From Ophelia neglecta (taxonomy: Eukaryota), in assembly GCA_965285935.1 (NCBI GenBank), contig OZ260661.1, positions 118,358,001 to 118,422,000 of the forward strand: a DNA stretch of 64,000 nucleotides, given 5' to 3'. Both the position numbers and the translations under genes were made by a program. Shown in pieces: positions 26,105 through 39,630 of this stretch (positions are counted from its first letter, which is position 1; each line of letters starts with the position of its first letter). A model generated the notes under the pieces. It made no database searches. It was not told where the DNA came from and was given only the letters and a program-made list of their open reading frames with translations.

Positions 26105-29071
26105 AACACAAGCCAATATACACACGGTGAGTTCAATATATCAAATAGATCAAGAGCGTAACATTCTCCTAGCAATCAATAAATCATACATGTATATCAC
26201 TTTGTGTAAACACTGTTATCCCATGTCAACAAACTATTATTTATCTCCGATATGCCATGTGCCACTTGTATAACGTATTGGACTATCCTTGCATGTGTCA
26301 TATATATAATATTACAAATCTCAAATCTTGTAGAGGTGGTGGGATCGAGCAATGTCAAAAACAAGATGATTCCATTTCAAATGCGAATACGTTGGTCTCA
26401 GCACAATAAACTCACTACATTAATCCAAAAGGCCGCGTTTTTCTATTATGGTTTTCAACAATTAAATACAATTCTAATTCTTTACCAGGACTTTTAGTTG
26501 GTTTTGAATGTACACAAAATGGCAATACAGCATCCGTTAGAGCGTCTTGTTTTGATTGTTGAACTTCACCTGCCATCATTTCCTATAAAAAATATAGGAT
26601 ATATATATTATCATAATTATAACTGCACCACTGGCTTCAGTGTTTAATCTAAAAATATTTTGTTATATTAGCATAGTAACATTTGCCTTCTGTTACATGT
26701 TCAAACGATAAGAACAGTTTTCATTATGTAATAATAATGATTTTTATCTAATAACATGCTCAAACCTAAGAGTGCAGCTGGTCAACAATTAATGATAAAA
26801 TTGACAATAATGGTAACATCAACCAAGTGCTTTTAGGTTTGTATTTCGGACTAAGAAATTTTAAATTCTCGAAGAATATAACCACAACTAACCTGATCGC
26901 AGGCAATAATGTGTTACATTGATTTTTCTTCATTTTACAAATACCGACCATCACTGACCGGATTAGTATTTAGACATTCATAACGGGAGTGACGAATATT
27001 ATGGAAAATTAAAATGATATTGGTTTTCAAACCTTTTGAAAATACTTCTTTCAGAAATCAAAGTTATACTTATATAATATTCAGTTTGACTACAACGCAT
27101 ATGTTAAGAAAAATTATAATCGAATATAATGTTAATATGTGACACATTCTCAGACATTTACACGTTTAGATGTTACCATCATCCATTTCTGACATCTGGT
27201 AGGTGGCAGTACTGCGCCTTCAATGAATTATGGGATGTCAAGCTGTAAAAATAGTGATTGGATACCGGGCAGACATAACAATATCATTGGTCACGAATAG
27301 TCCATTTAATCGCTCCAAATTTGCCAGCAAATATCAGGGCGCAGGCGCAAGAAACAAATTTTATAGCCACAATTCCATAACTGCAAAAGATTTTGTTACC
27401 ATATATGAAGGTTATTTGTAATACATTACTTGCAACATGAAGTTATTATGATGCAATTCCAGGAATGTGGAATTTTTTTGCAGATGAATTTAAGGCTTAA
27501 CGTTTTTAATATTCATATGAATATTTGCAAATATTTCAAAATACATTTCATCTTTGGGCATTTCCGCTGTGCGTTAAAACTAATACAGAAAATCGACTAA
27601 AAATCGCGTTTTCCCATTGAATATAATTCGGCACCGTAGATGACCATGCTTCCATAATGCATTGTATGGAATTGACTACAACTAAAGCCGGTATCTGAAT
27701 AAATTGGTTCATCATATACTATTTATGATGCATTGTGTATTTATATGAATAATAAATCAATGTAATATCAGCAAGTAATGTTTAGATTATCCGGTGTTTA
27801 TTCTCCAGTAAGTGAATATATTGGCAGAACGAGCAATAAAACTAGGTTAATGACAATCAAATTCAGTTGCTAACTAATAAACTAATGGGAGCAATTACTT
27901 AATTTATAAGTTTATATACTGATTCAAGACTCTATAAAATACTTCATATATGTATATATATTGGTGCATCAAACTATTCGACTTTTAACCAGGTTAATTT
28001 TGATAATGTGGGTTTTGTCAGGAATCTAAATCTAACTCGCCGACTGTAGAGTCGGTCGGAATAGTGGCTCTATAGAATTCAACATGGGTGAACTTGTAAT
28101 AAAAAGACATTAAATAACGTTGCCTATGGTAACAAATTGTGCTTAGTGCACTTTGGTCATGAGTATATTGACACGTGGCTTTGACAGGCAATAATAGAAA
28201 CATAGTGGCAAAACCTATTTTATGTAATCCTGAAGTATGTGGTTGTTCCCAATCACTCCATCAGCTTTCATAAACGATACAATTGTTCAGTGTCGACTTC
28301 TTTAATTCCAATTGATCCCTTTGTCTTTTCCTAGCAACTCATTTTGGACTTTTATGATACCAGTCAGACAATCGTTTGAGTTGATAATAAATCATTCTCA
28401 AATACAATTAATTGAGTAGTATGAAAATAAAGATGTCCTCTACATCATCAGTAGGCGCCTTATAATCCCGTTTTGAGGTAAGTAATATAATCTCTTTGAT
28501 GTTTAAAGAAGTGTTTTATATAACCCCTTATTGGTGAAAGTTTTCTCCCAGCAGTACTGTGCCTTCTACCTTTTATGTTTTGATTCATTTTTCTCGTGAA
28601 ATAGAGTTTGGGCATACTATAATCAGTGATGAATTTGCATACTCATATACTCATTATTAGCAATTTTTTGCAAGATTTTAAACCAATGATATAAAGATAG
28701 ATTATCAAACAATACTAACATACTTGTCCATCGTACACTGTGAAAAGCAAGTTTGTACCTGTTGTATAGGTTAGGTTCAAGTGGACAATTGAGGCAGAAC
28801 CATTTATTGATTTAATGCAAGTGATACTACCTCGCATCACGCACATGCGCGAGCTGGCGTTTATGGCGGACCAAACTTATTTCTCGCCCTACAAGTGTAA
28901 CATTTAGTGTTTTGCCTGATATAGTCATTGTAGTCTGTTAACGCGAGCAGTAGTTATGTTGCATTCTCAAATGATCAATTTAACTGGCATAGCCGCATGG
29001 TAGGCGACACGTATTATAACAAGCTCAGGTTGTGTTATTTTCTCCTTGCCACTCTTTGATTACTACGCGAG

Positions 29072-30712
29072 ATGTTTGTTAAGGATGAATGTATGAACTT
29101 CTGCAAGCAGACATCTATGAAAGGTGTACCGAGGATAGTGCAAACAGAACACACGTGGTTGAGAGCAGTCTGGTTCCTCGCAGTGGCGACCCTCCTTGCC
29201 TTCGGCGTATCACAGGTCTGGCTGCTGCTCTCTACCTTCTTTAACCACCCCGTTGTCAGTACGGAGCAGGAACAGTTTATCGACCCAATTAACGGCCTGG
29301 ACAAAATAGTAATGCCTTTGATTACGTTCTGCAGTAAAACGGCCATTCCATTGAAGAAACTACGAAAAATTCCCCAAGAGATGTCTGTTGATATTTATTA
29401 TGAGACCGTATTTAATATGACCACCTGTGTATCATGTGACAAAAGAAAGAAAGAAGAAATTGAAAATCTACGTGCCGAACTTCTTTCTCCCCAGGGTTAT
29501 TTCCAGTTCGTCGGGGCTGAACAAGCGCGAAGATATGGTCACATTGAAGAGGAATTTATCCGCGAATGTGCCCTACAGATATATCGCGGGGTTGGTATAT
29601 TGGATGTGCCATGTCACCAGAAAGTGTCCATTACTAAACATCTGACTCCAAACTATTTCAATTGCTATGAGGTAAGAATAAAGAAACCAAATTACTCCCA
29701 GCAGCTCATTTTTGGAATAAGTTTGACCTTTTTTGTCAATGATTATGACTTGATAGAAACAGGGAGCTCTAAATATTTCAACTCGAACTCTCAATCTGGA
29801 TTTGACTCGGGAATTCGAGTAATAATTCACAATGCAGAAGATGGAAGTCATGTGGTCAATGAAAGAGGCTATCTACCTTTCATTCGATCGGTTGACGTAC
29901 CTCCGGGCTACTCCTCAACCATTGAAATTCACAGAAGAGATAGACAGCGGCTCCCTCTACCACATGGCCGCTGTGACAAAAACAGGCCTTCTGCAATAAA
30001 CAATCAGCTTTACTGTGCCTCCAAATGTGTCATGTCTTATGCGACTAACAAGTGCAACTGTACTCCGGCCATGAATGCTGTGCTTATACCCTGGTCAAAC
30101 AGCTCCCTGCCATATTGTAAGGATATTCGTCTAGGTATTGATCAAATAATTGAAAACACAAAATGTATAGATGGTAAAGGATTTAACCAGTTTTACCGTT
30201 GCGCCAAAAAATGTAAATATGGCTGTTACGAATGGTCCTTTACACCAGTGGTGTCCATGTCCCGCTGGCCCAGTCCAAACTCTTTGAAGGGATTTTATCA
30301 GAAGTATGTGAAAGGAGTCCTTAATGGAAGTGAGCCGGCGTGGCTCCAACAATCGTTTCTGAATCGATCAAACACAACACCACAAGAACGATATTTAGCC
30401 GAACAATTTATTGAAAGAAACTTCGTTAAATGTAAAGTGGTTTTCACCAGTCACATGTATTCGTTACTCAAAGACACAATTGACATTCAGGTTGTAGATC
30501 TCCTGTCTAGCATAGGTGGAACCATGAATTTGTGGTCGGGAATTACACTCCTGTTCTTTGTTGAAATATTGGAACTCTTTTATAGAATTATACAGCGAAA
30601 GATATGCCCCTCCCCTAACAGGATAAGGGGAGCACACGATCAAAATGTGGATATAGGTACAAATGAAATAGAATATGTAAAGAGCAGCGTCCGAGCACAA
30701 GCCATCGAATGA
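29072..30712 (+). CDS. DEG/ENaC subunit, intronless, 546 aa (paralog 2b)
   Basis: Differs from 22145..23785 by one residue (KIPPEM vs KIPQEM) and at least two synonymous changes. Confidence 0.9.
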   Translation: MFVKDECMNFCKQTSMKGVPRIVQTEHTWLRAVWFLAVATLLAFGVSQVWLLLSTFFNHPVVSTEQEQFIDPINGLDKIVMPLITFCSKTAIPLKKLRKIPQEMSVDIYYETVFNMTTCVSCDKRKKEEIENLRAELLSPQGYFQFVGAEQARRYGHIEEEFIRECALQIYRGVGILDVPCHQKVSITKHLTPNYFNCYEVRIKKPNYSQQLIFGISLTFFVNDYDLIETGSSKYFNSNSQSGFDSGIRVIIHNAEDGSHVVNERGYLPFIRSVDVPPGYSSTIEIHRRDRQRLPLPHGRCDKNRPSAINNQLYCASKCVMSYATNKCNCTPAMNAVLIPWSNSSLPYCKDIRLGIDQIIENTKCIDGKGFNQFYRCAKKCKYGCYEWSFTPVVSMSRWPSPNSLKGFYQKYVKGVLNGSEPAWLQQSFLNRSNTTPQERYLAEQFIERNFVKCKVVFTSHMYSLLKDTIDIQVVDLLSSIGGTMNLWSGITLLFFVEILELFYRIIQRKICPSPNRIRGAHDQNVDIGTNEIEYVKSSVRAQAIE

Positions 30713-32438
30713 GTTTGAATACCATTCCATAATCTCTGTATCCGTTTGACCATCTATATTGTTATAATGTACTGCTGTAAATAACCCTATATATATTTCT
30801 CCAATGAATTAGTATGATAATGATAAAATGAATTATATTAAATAATTAAGCCCACAGTTTACTTCACAATCAGCCAATCATGTATATATATACATGTATA
30901 GTTACATAGTCGATCCGAAGCTCTACCCCAGGTTCATTTTATACATTTAACTCATTGTATAAACATATGTAGGATCCTGTGGTTGTTTCCTTAAATGTTC
31001 TGTAGTGTTTATATTCCAAGATGTCTGAATATGATAACTAGACCGCAATGAAATACATTTAGATTAATAATAGTATGTTAAAGAGATTAGTAATGCATTT
31101 TGATGCAAGCTAGATCGAACAAAATGCACGACTCAAATTTGCCTGACAACACTTATTTTCTTTCTCGGAATAAATGATTATACAAACATAAAAAGTTTGT
31201 AAATTTTTATGTGCTAACTAAAATCTTTGGTTGTTCCAGTTACTTTTATATTAACTCACAAATGCCTTCCTGTGCCAGCCTACGTGTGCAGATACTTTGT
31301 TCATTTGATGAAGTTTTTTTTCATGACTATGGAGGACACTGCAATAATTTCCAGACTGGAAAATTGTGCCTTCAAATTTTTAACAGCTAGCTCATTAAAG
31401 TTGTTTGTAAATCATTCCGTCTATCAATGGTCAACCTATATTCAAGAGACAAATAAGCGCCCCATCTTCTTTTTTGAAAAAGAAATCATTGCACTAAGTT
31501 AATTCCCGGACTCTACTAAAAAAAAAGCCTTTTCTATCAACCCATCGGCTAAGAAATATTACAAATGACATTTGTATGAGGTTGGAATCGATTTTCCGCG
31601 GCGGAATACTGATGGAAGTCGCTGATTTAAGAGAAATTTATTAGACTATCGATGACAAGCGTGCTTATCATTTGTGCCAAACTGCACAAAAGGATAATTC
31701 TATATACCCAACGTGTGTCTTTAAAAGAAAAAACACGATGTATATAGGTTATGGCATTGATCAAACTGGTCCTTTCAGACTACCACGATGATAATCACGT
31801 TTTGCCATGAAGAGAAGTTTTTGTATGCACCAGGCCGTTTATAGAATGCGGCAAACGACCTGCTCGGTAACCATTAAATGCTCCTAAATTATATGATATA
31901 TTGTCAAGCGTAAGTTGATCTAGATTTACATTGAAACACAAGAACTGCACTATGGTGAACAAATATATTGAACTCACCGTGTGTATATTGGCTTGTGTTT
32001 AAAGTTGTGCTCATTTATGTGAAATATAATCCACTTTGAAGGAGCCTGAGAATACAGTCACCATATTGGGTCCTGACGTACGAGAACATCTGTAGCCTGA
32101 GAAGTTGGCGTTTTCAGGTCAATTTGGACAAAATTAATGGGTTTGTTCTTGGTTACCGATCATGTTGTTTGCTTTGGGTATTCATCCCCGTTCATAAAAC
32201 AACTCGCGTACAAGTCCATATATAAGAGTGATTTAACCAATGGGTGGACAGGAACTTTCGACTGCCTCAAATAGGACCCAGTAAGAGTTGACTATTTTCA
32301 AAATATGACTTTTTCATAATAAGGATCCTGAACGAGTGGACCGTTAGGGCAAGACAATACCAAAGCAGGTAGTTGAGATGAATGATTTAATCTGGCAAAG
32401 AAAAGAATGGATGAGGCAATCATCGTTGGTTCTAAGTA

Positions 32439-32559
32439 CAACCTGTGAGTTAAGACCACCCAAGGGACTGGAAAGTGCTGGTCTGACTTTGGAGGTGGTC
32501 TGTTTAGACAGGTTATTTTACACTGAAAGTAGAGGTGGTCATCAAGGCAGGTTTCACTG
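32439..32559. mobile_element. Small Tc1/mariner(pogo)-type MITE with TA TSD
   Basis: Right end CAGGTTTCACTG+TA, left end TA+CA(del)ACCTG; absent from the paralogous position in duplication unit 1 (AAGTACCATG, ~25504). Similar ends at ~46260 and ~48735. Confidence 0.7.
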
Positions 32560-35197
32560 TACAATGCTTTTTTTATCCTAGAAGCGTCCACATTTTTCAT
32601 ATCCGACATTGGCAAATAAGCCTACATCTATTATGGGGGGAGCCTCTAAGTATGTCAGGATTCGTCTGACGTACGCTTTTAATCAATAATTCCGCCAAAA
32701 AGGGAGGATTATTCCAATAACTGGAGTCCCCATTTTAACATATCGCTACCTTCACACCTAACAATATCTACATGTAAATGAAAAACATGACCACTAGAAT
32801 TTAGTGCAAAGAAGGAATGATTCAAAGCCGCTCCGGTTCTGCACAAATTTTGAGGTAATCATAAAAATATTACAGCTCTCTGCAGCGTCATTTTTAATAC
32901 TATCATACTATAGTTGCTTTCGTGTTCATGTGATTATTCCTACTGGCAGAATATTGGGGTTAGTTTTTGAAATTATTGGTACAGTGGGATGTGCCTGCGA
33001 CTAAACAGTATCGTAGGTCACTGTAAATTTGGTCGTGGCAGTAACTTTGGGCGAGCGCAACATTTTCCTAGCAATCAATAAATCATACATGTATATCACT
33101 TTCTGTAAACATGTTATCCCATGTCAATAAACTATTATTTATCTCCGATATGCCATGTGCTACTTGTATAACGTATTGGACTATGCCTGCATGTGCCATA
33201 TATATAATATTCTCAAATCTCAAATCTTGTGGAGGTGGCGGGATCGAGCAATGTCAAAAACAAGATGATTCCATTTCAAATGCGAAAATGTTGGTCGCAG
33301 CGCAATAAACTAACTATATTATTCCAAAAGGCCGCGTTTTTCTATTATGGTTTTCAACAATTAAATCGATTAAATCAGCGTCATGGAAAAGGGATCGAGG
33401 TTAAAATCAGACCTTAAACTTCAAACAGTGTCCCTTATGCTTCCTTGATTAATGCTAGGTTCTTATATTCAGTCAGGGCATGAGTATAGGGATAACCAAA
33501 GTGCTTAATGCCGGAACTATCTGCCTGATTCAGTACGCCATAGGGCTTAGTCTGTTTTTGATTAAAATGATATGACAATAATTATGTCATTGCCGTAGTA
33601 AAGGTTGATTTTAGGTTTAATTTAATAGAAAATTGTTATTCTTACTCTTGACCAGGAATTTTTGTTGGTTTTGAATGTTTACATATTGGTAATGCAGCAG
33701 CCGTCAGAGCGTCTTGCTATGATTGATGACGTCCCTCTGCCATCATTTCCTATAAACCCATGTTACTTGTCTTGTGAGAAAAGCCCTTTAAATAAGGGTT
33801 TCAATGCACTGCTTTATGTACCATAACGCATTCATCGTTATTTATTGTATGACATATGATTATGCAATGTGATAATTAAGCCACAAACTAATTAATAAGT
33901 AGATCGATGAATACTTACAATTAGTTTTATTATAAGTTTAACAATGTGTAAAGGCAATTGTTTTTAATTATTCGTTTCTGTATTCAAATACACATTTGTG
34001 AATATTCTTCACAGCGAAAGAAGGCAACAGCTCATTGATATTTAGCGAAGTCATGCCTCCGGAAAATGGTATCTTGGCATATCTTTAACCGACAACAACA
34101 ACAATGTTCTATCAAAAAATATGTCACTACTTTCTTAATTCGATACGTCAGGGCCATTGACTTTCTTACAGCGCAAATGCGTGTCATTACTACAATTTTA
34201 AATCTTGCCATTTTGTTTTATGTCAATTTTATTCTAAACTGCTACAATTCATTAGATATTCTCAACATTGTTTCGTGTCTTAGAATGCTTTATCTGCACA
34301 ACAAGTTAAGAATGGGGGTTTGAGGAGAATGAATGCTTAAAACTTTATGAGTTGGAGATAAAAATTACTTCTATTATCATAATGCTTAAGCTTAGGGACG
34401 TGTTAATATACTGTTATAACATTTAGACAGATGTTCTGGGTATGATACCAATGAGAATGGCATGATCGTCCCGGTTACAAGACCCCGCGCGCTCGCCAAG
34501 CTTCAAGTAGCTCAGATAATGTGGTGTTTTTATGTTAAACCGTGAAGGCATTGACTTCTAGTGGCCAGCGTAACAAATTGACAATAATATAACCCAACAC
34601 ATAGGTGCCGCCTCCGGACCCTGTTCTATCAGGAGGTCAGGGAAAAGATAGATGTGTTTGCTGACCAGGGGCGACAGTAGCCAGGACAGAGACGGCTGAC
34701 ATCTCGGCGGAATGGGTCGAAACACTCACAAATGTTGAAGTCTCTTTTGAAGTTATGCATTATTCAAATTGGCGCAATTAGTCGAAATGTTTCTCGGATA
34801 CAGACCTATTTCCATACTAAGCGTCCTTGGGTTTAAGGTCAATAAACTGATGTTTAATAGAGACATTGCGAAGAAAAGAAACTGAATGTGCATATTGCAC
34901 AAGGGCCGTCTATTTTTACCTAGATACAACATAAGGGGCGAGTTGCAATTTTCGATAACAAGGCAATAAATCTAACTTAAATGTGATGTCTTAATTGCAA
35001 ATATAAGATATTTACTGTGGCCTTCAAATAGATATGGCCGACTTTATCTCCATTTCTTTTCCTTGTCAAGTGCCGGGTCATGATCTTTGTTTTGTTCACT
35101 CGATTTTATTTGTGGTTATTCTGTAATTGAGCAAGTGACCAACAATCTGACTGAGGCGGGGCTCTTTAATGTTATTTATCAATCTCTAATTTGCAGG

Positions 35198-38100
35198 ATG
35201 GGATATAGAATGATTATTTCATCCATTATTGTTTTTCTTATTTTCGATAAATTGGAAAGAAACGGTGAGTAGGTCTTCTAGATTAATTATTGAGAAATAC
35301 CTTTCTTAATGCACGCCTCACGAATTAAGTTGTTAATTTTGACATTATTGCAATACCGCATAACGGACCGGTGAGGTTTTTTATGATCTTATGCATACAT
35401 TGGCTTGGATGCATAGGAGGCAAGATGCAGGTATAAAAGCCTGAATAATTAAATTGTTATTGTGCCCCTCGCCAAAGTCATAAGCACGTTTACAACCTCT
35501 GCTTGTATATTATAGACCCTAAGAATTTCGATATTAGCTTCATTAAGTTTGTGTCTTAATAAAAGGCAGTTTGTGTCCGTCTCTACCACTTACGGTCTTC
35601 ATAACTGCCTCTTTATAAACACTTCTATAGAGCTTTAAACGTATGAATTATTGAACATGATAGGTATCAAATATACTACAAATATATCCATGTTATGAAG
35701 ACATGTATGCAATTGTTTAGCAATTATTCAAGTGTATCAAATCGACAATGCGTGGAATTTTGTGCAAAATTAACCTAACCGAAGTTTACCAGAGCGGGCC
35801 TGTTTACCAAGTTCATGCCGAGGTCCTGGTATTCTACATAAAACTTAATTCGTATGAGTAAGTCCAACTAACAACAGCGATGTAGTATTATCTATTGAAA
35901 ATATGAATGGCATCAATATGGTTTATTATTTTCAGGCACGTGAGAGGTGTTAAATCTATCAGTAAATCATATCTCTTCGAGACGTTATAAACTATATATC
36001 ATTTCATATGCCAAACATTTTGGAGTTACACTGACTTGCTTAAAAATAACCGTGGACTCGGTCACAATATTCGGGATGCAAGAGGCAACCACAGAAAATG
36101 TTTATTAACAAAGACTAAATATATATGGGCGAACTCCAGTAAAGACTCTGAATTTGTTTTATTTCAGGTTTCACGGCTGGATCAACAATGAATTCTGGAA
36201 TACATACAGTCACAACGGATATGTTCACATCCAACGAGTCCACAACGAAGGGACCAACGTCGGTGTCAACAGATCTAGACAAAACAACCCCAAACAAACC
36301 ATCCGCTACAGAGGCGCCAACGGCTACAGACATGGAGCTAACCACAAGCGCAATGTTGACACTACAAACATTGCCAGAAATAAGCGTGCCGGCCATTAGT
36401 GCAACACAACAAGTGTCGAAGACAGAACAAGCAACGACTTCTGCGCAACATACACCTACAAAAGGGCAACAGACAACAGCAGCTGGTCAACACAAAACAA
36501 CAACAGATGTACAAACAACAACGGCAAGGCTATCAACAACCACCACGGAAATATTAACGACAGGAACAAAACAACAGACAGCTCCAACAATACAACAAAC
36601 TATAATATCAGAACAACAGACACAACCAACAGAGAAATCAACAACAATAACAGAGCAAAACTTAACCATGACAGAACAACAGGGAACGACAACAGAACAA
36701 CAAACAAACTCAGAAGGACATACAGTTACATACCAGCAGAGAACTACAACTGGGCAACATATGTTTACAACAGAACAGCATACAACTGAAAAAGAACGCG
36801 AGACAGCGGCATCAGAGCACCACGCAACTACAACCGAGCAGCTTGCAACGACAACTAAACAGCAAACAGCAGCCACAACAGGACAGATGATAAGATTATC
36901 AAGAGGACCTACAACCTCAACGGGGCGACTCACAAACAAAGCAGAACATACAACAACCAACCTGAAACTAAAATCAACCATAACAAACGAACAAGCATCT
37001 ACGACAGAGTTACCTGCAACCATAACAAATGAACCAACATCTACAACAGAGTTACAATCAACCATAACAAAGGAGCCAGCGTCTACAACAGAGTTACTAA
37101 CAACCATAACCAGGGAGCCAGCGTCTACATTAGAGTTACTAACAACCATAAGAAAGGAACTAACATCTACAACAGAGTTACCAACAACCGTAACAAAGGA
37201 GCCAACATCAACAACTGAGTCACTCACAACGATGACAAACCGACCAATAGACACATCTGAGACTCCCAAAACAATAACAAAGCAACAAATGTCCACTATA
37301 ACAAGGTTACCAACATCCACAACGAACCAGCCTACTACTGCAACAGAGCGATACACAACAAAGACAGAACAACAAACATTAATCACAGAGCTACCAACAA
37401 TCATAACAATGCCACAAACAACTGTTATAGGGATATTAACTACATTAACAGACCTACCAGCAACTAAAACAGAGCTACCTACAACAAATTCTAAGGAGCA
37501 ATTAACTACCTCGAATGAGATTCTATTTTCCACCATGCCAGATTTACCTACAAACATGACAAACGAACCAACAGTTACTCCAACAGCTAGGCAACAAACG
37601 AAAGTCACTACAGAGCAACTGACAAGTACAAACAAGCCAATACTTACCACACAGGTATTGACAATAGAAACACAACAGCAAACAACTACAACAGAGCTAC
37701 CAACGACCATGATAAACCAACCAACATATACAACAGGCAAACGAGCAACATCAGCGCAACCGAGCACCACACAAAACCTGCCGATAACTTCCTCAGAGCT
37801 TCTCACCACACCTGTAACTCTGGAGCAGCTGACAACTGCAGCAGGGCAGCTCACATCTAACACAGAGCGCTTGGCAGCCACATCAACACAGAAACCGACA
37901 AAAAATACGGAATCGCACTCTGTTTCTTCGCAGGATCCGGTTGTAGTAACGACGACAGACTTGTTCTCTCCTGTGAAATCGACAGAAGATAACAAATACT
38001 CTACTACTGACCCAGAAAGTGTAACAATAGTTTCAAACACAGGTGCGTTCACATTTATCAAATCATGCCATCCTAGTTAATAAATAAAGCCATGGAAGGT

Positions 38101-39630
38101 GTGAGCTCGTCTGCCTAAATTTAAGGCATTAGTATAGCTGGCGACCTGTGCATTGCTTGTCCAATTTTGTAAAGGAGGAATTCGGAAGGGTTTGGTTATT
38201 TCCCCTATTAGCAGTGAAGTATACTTTACCCAAAACATGCTAAAAAGCACGTGTCCCTCTTTAATCTAGGATTCAATAAATAATGGGGGCGCGAAACTAG
38301 ATAACCTGGTATGCAATTTTGTTATTGTAGACGGCCAGAAACTTATTTTCTTCAAGAATGTTCAACTTTGTGAGAAGAAAACTTGATTTCTTGAGTTTCT
38401 GCTTAGAATTGTAAGACATGGCACCGCTATTGCATACCAAAGCTCAAAGATAATAGTCAATGTCTTCTGTCTTATCCAATCCTATTCATTAAAAGTTGTA
38501 ATTTACTCAACATTTAAATGAATTAGTTTCTGCGAATAGTTGGCAGTCTATGTGCTAGTTGTTAATTACAAGCAACCTGAATTTCATTTGGCAAAAAAAG
38601 ATGTTAAGCAAGAACCAACAACCTGAACAAGAAAGTTGACTATGTATTGATTTGATTTAGTGTACGCTGTTTTCGTTTAGTAGATTATCTATTTATCTAG
38701 GATATATCTCTGGCATTTATATATATGTCTGACATTTAAACTTGTCTAATTCAGGGGATCTGTCTCCTGGGGAAGTAGCCGGCGTGGTGGTCGGAGTATG
38801 TGTGTTCTACACCCTTCTTGTGTTGTTGGCAGTAAGGCTGATGCTGATGCACGAAGAAAGGAAGTCGAGGTAGCGTCAATATTTCAGGAACAGTTTTTTC
38901 TATTTTGTAGGGTAAAAATAGAACTATATGTTGAACATTGTTGCTTTTCGTTATTATTTTGTTCGTATATCCCATAAAGTGTATTTTGTTTAGTTCATTG
39001 CTTTACCAATTAGACATTGCCGTTTATTTTCACTAAATGATGCGGTCACAGCGTCACGGGCTTTCTACACACAATTTATAACACCTAAAAATTGTTGGTC
39101 CAACTACCCAGATTGAAAAGGTTAATTTATAGGTCCACCAGTTATTTATAGGATCTACCTCCAAATTGGAATGAATTGCTTTGTGTTCTCCAGTTTTGAA
39201 CCAATTTTAGTAATAAATAAATAATATGTTGCTGTCTTTGAGGGATTTTGTGATTACAATCGATAGCCAAGAAAGTATCACACCAATAACTGTATTTTGT
39301 TTCAGGTATAAACATGTAAGTTTTTTTATTCTGGTACATATGTTTTGTAGGGTTCTGCCGACAACTCCTAATCCAGACAGTCAGAAGGTGTTACCTTCTA
39401 GGATTGTGGCGAACTCCGGGAATGAGAAGAACCCCAAGGAAAGCCCGTGGAAAGTCCCGAACCCTGGGATAATGCACAGTCCCGTGAGTGTGGACAGCCC
39501 CTATTCCCTCGAGGGCACCGGAATACCAGCATCGGATGCTCAAACGCAGCTTACATTGTTGGAAAAGGAAAACACAGTTATTTCCATTACAATAACAAAA
39601 CCTGAAAGGGACTCAACGTTTGTTCGATGA
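35198..39630 (+). CDS. Type I transmembrane mucin-like glycoprotein, ~778 aa, 4 coding exons
   Basis: Exons 35198-35264 (signal-like MGYRMIISSIIVFLIF), 36168-38042 (Thr-rich, repeats TTEQQT and ITKEPTSTTELPT), 38755-38869 (DLSPGEVAGVVVGVCVFYTLLVLLAV TM + RKSR), 39351-39630 (tail, stop). All introns GT-AG, phases 1/1/2 compatible, total 2337 nt. Confidence 0.8.

Larger units (their letters stand above)
19679..33755. repeat. Tandem segmental duplication, period 6927 bp (unit 1 ~19679-26590; unit 2 ~26606-33755)
   Basis: Same ORFs recur at +6927/+6929; near-identical to ~25242/32171, clearly diverged with indels beyond that point. Confidence 0.95.

Noticed and set aside
36487-38061. 524-aa Val/Cys-rich minus-strand ORF
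   Set aside because: Antisense shadow of ACA/ACN-rich Thr codons of the mucin exon.
39306-39315. 10-nt micro-exon candidate in mucin intron 3
   Set aside because: Would shift the frame and leave a 35-nt intron.
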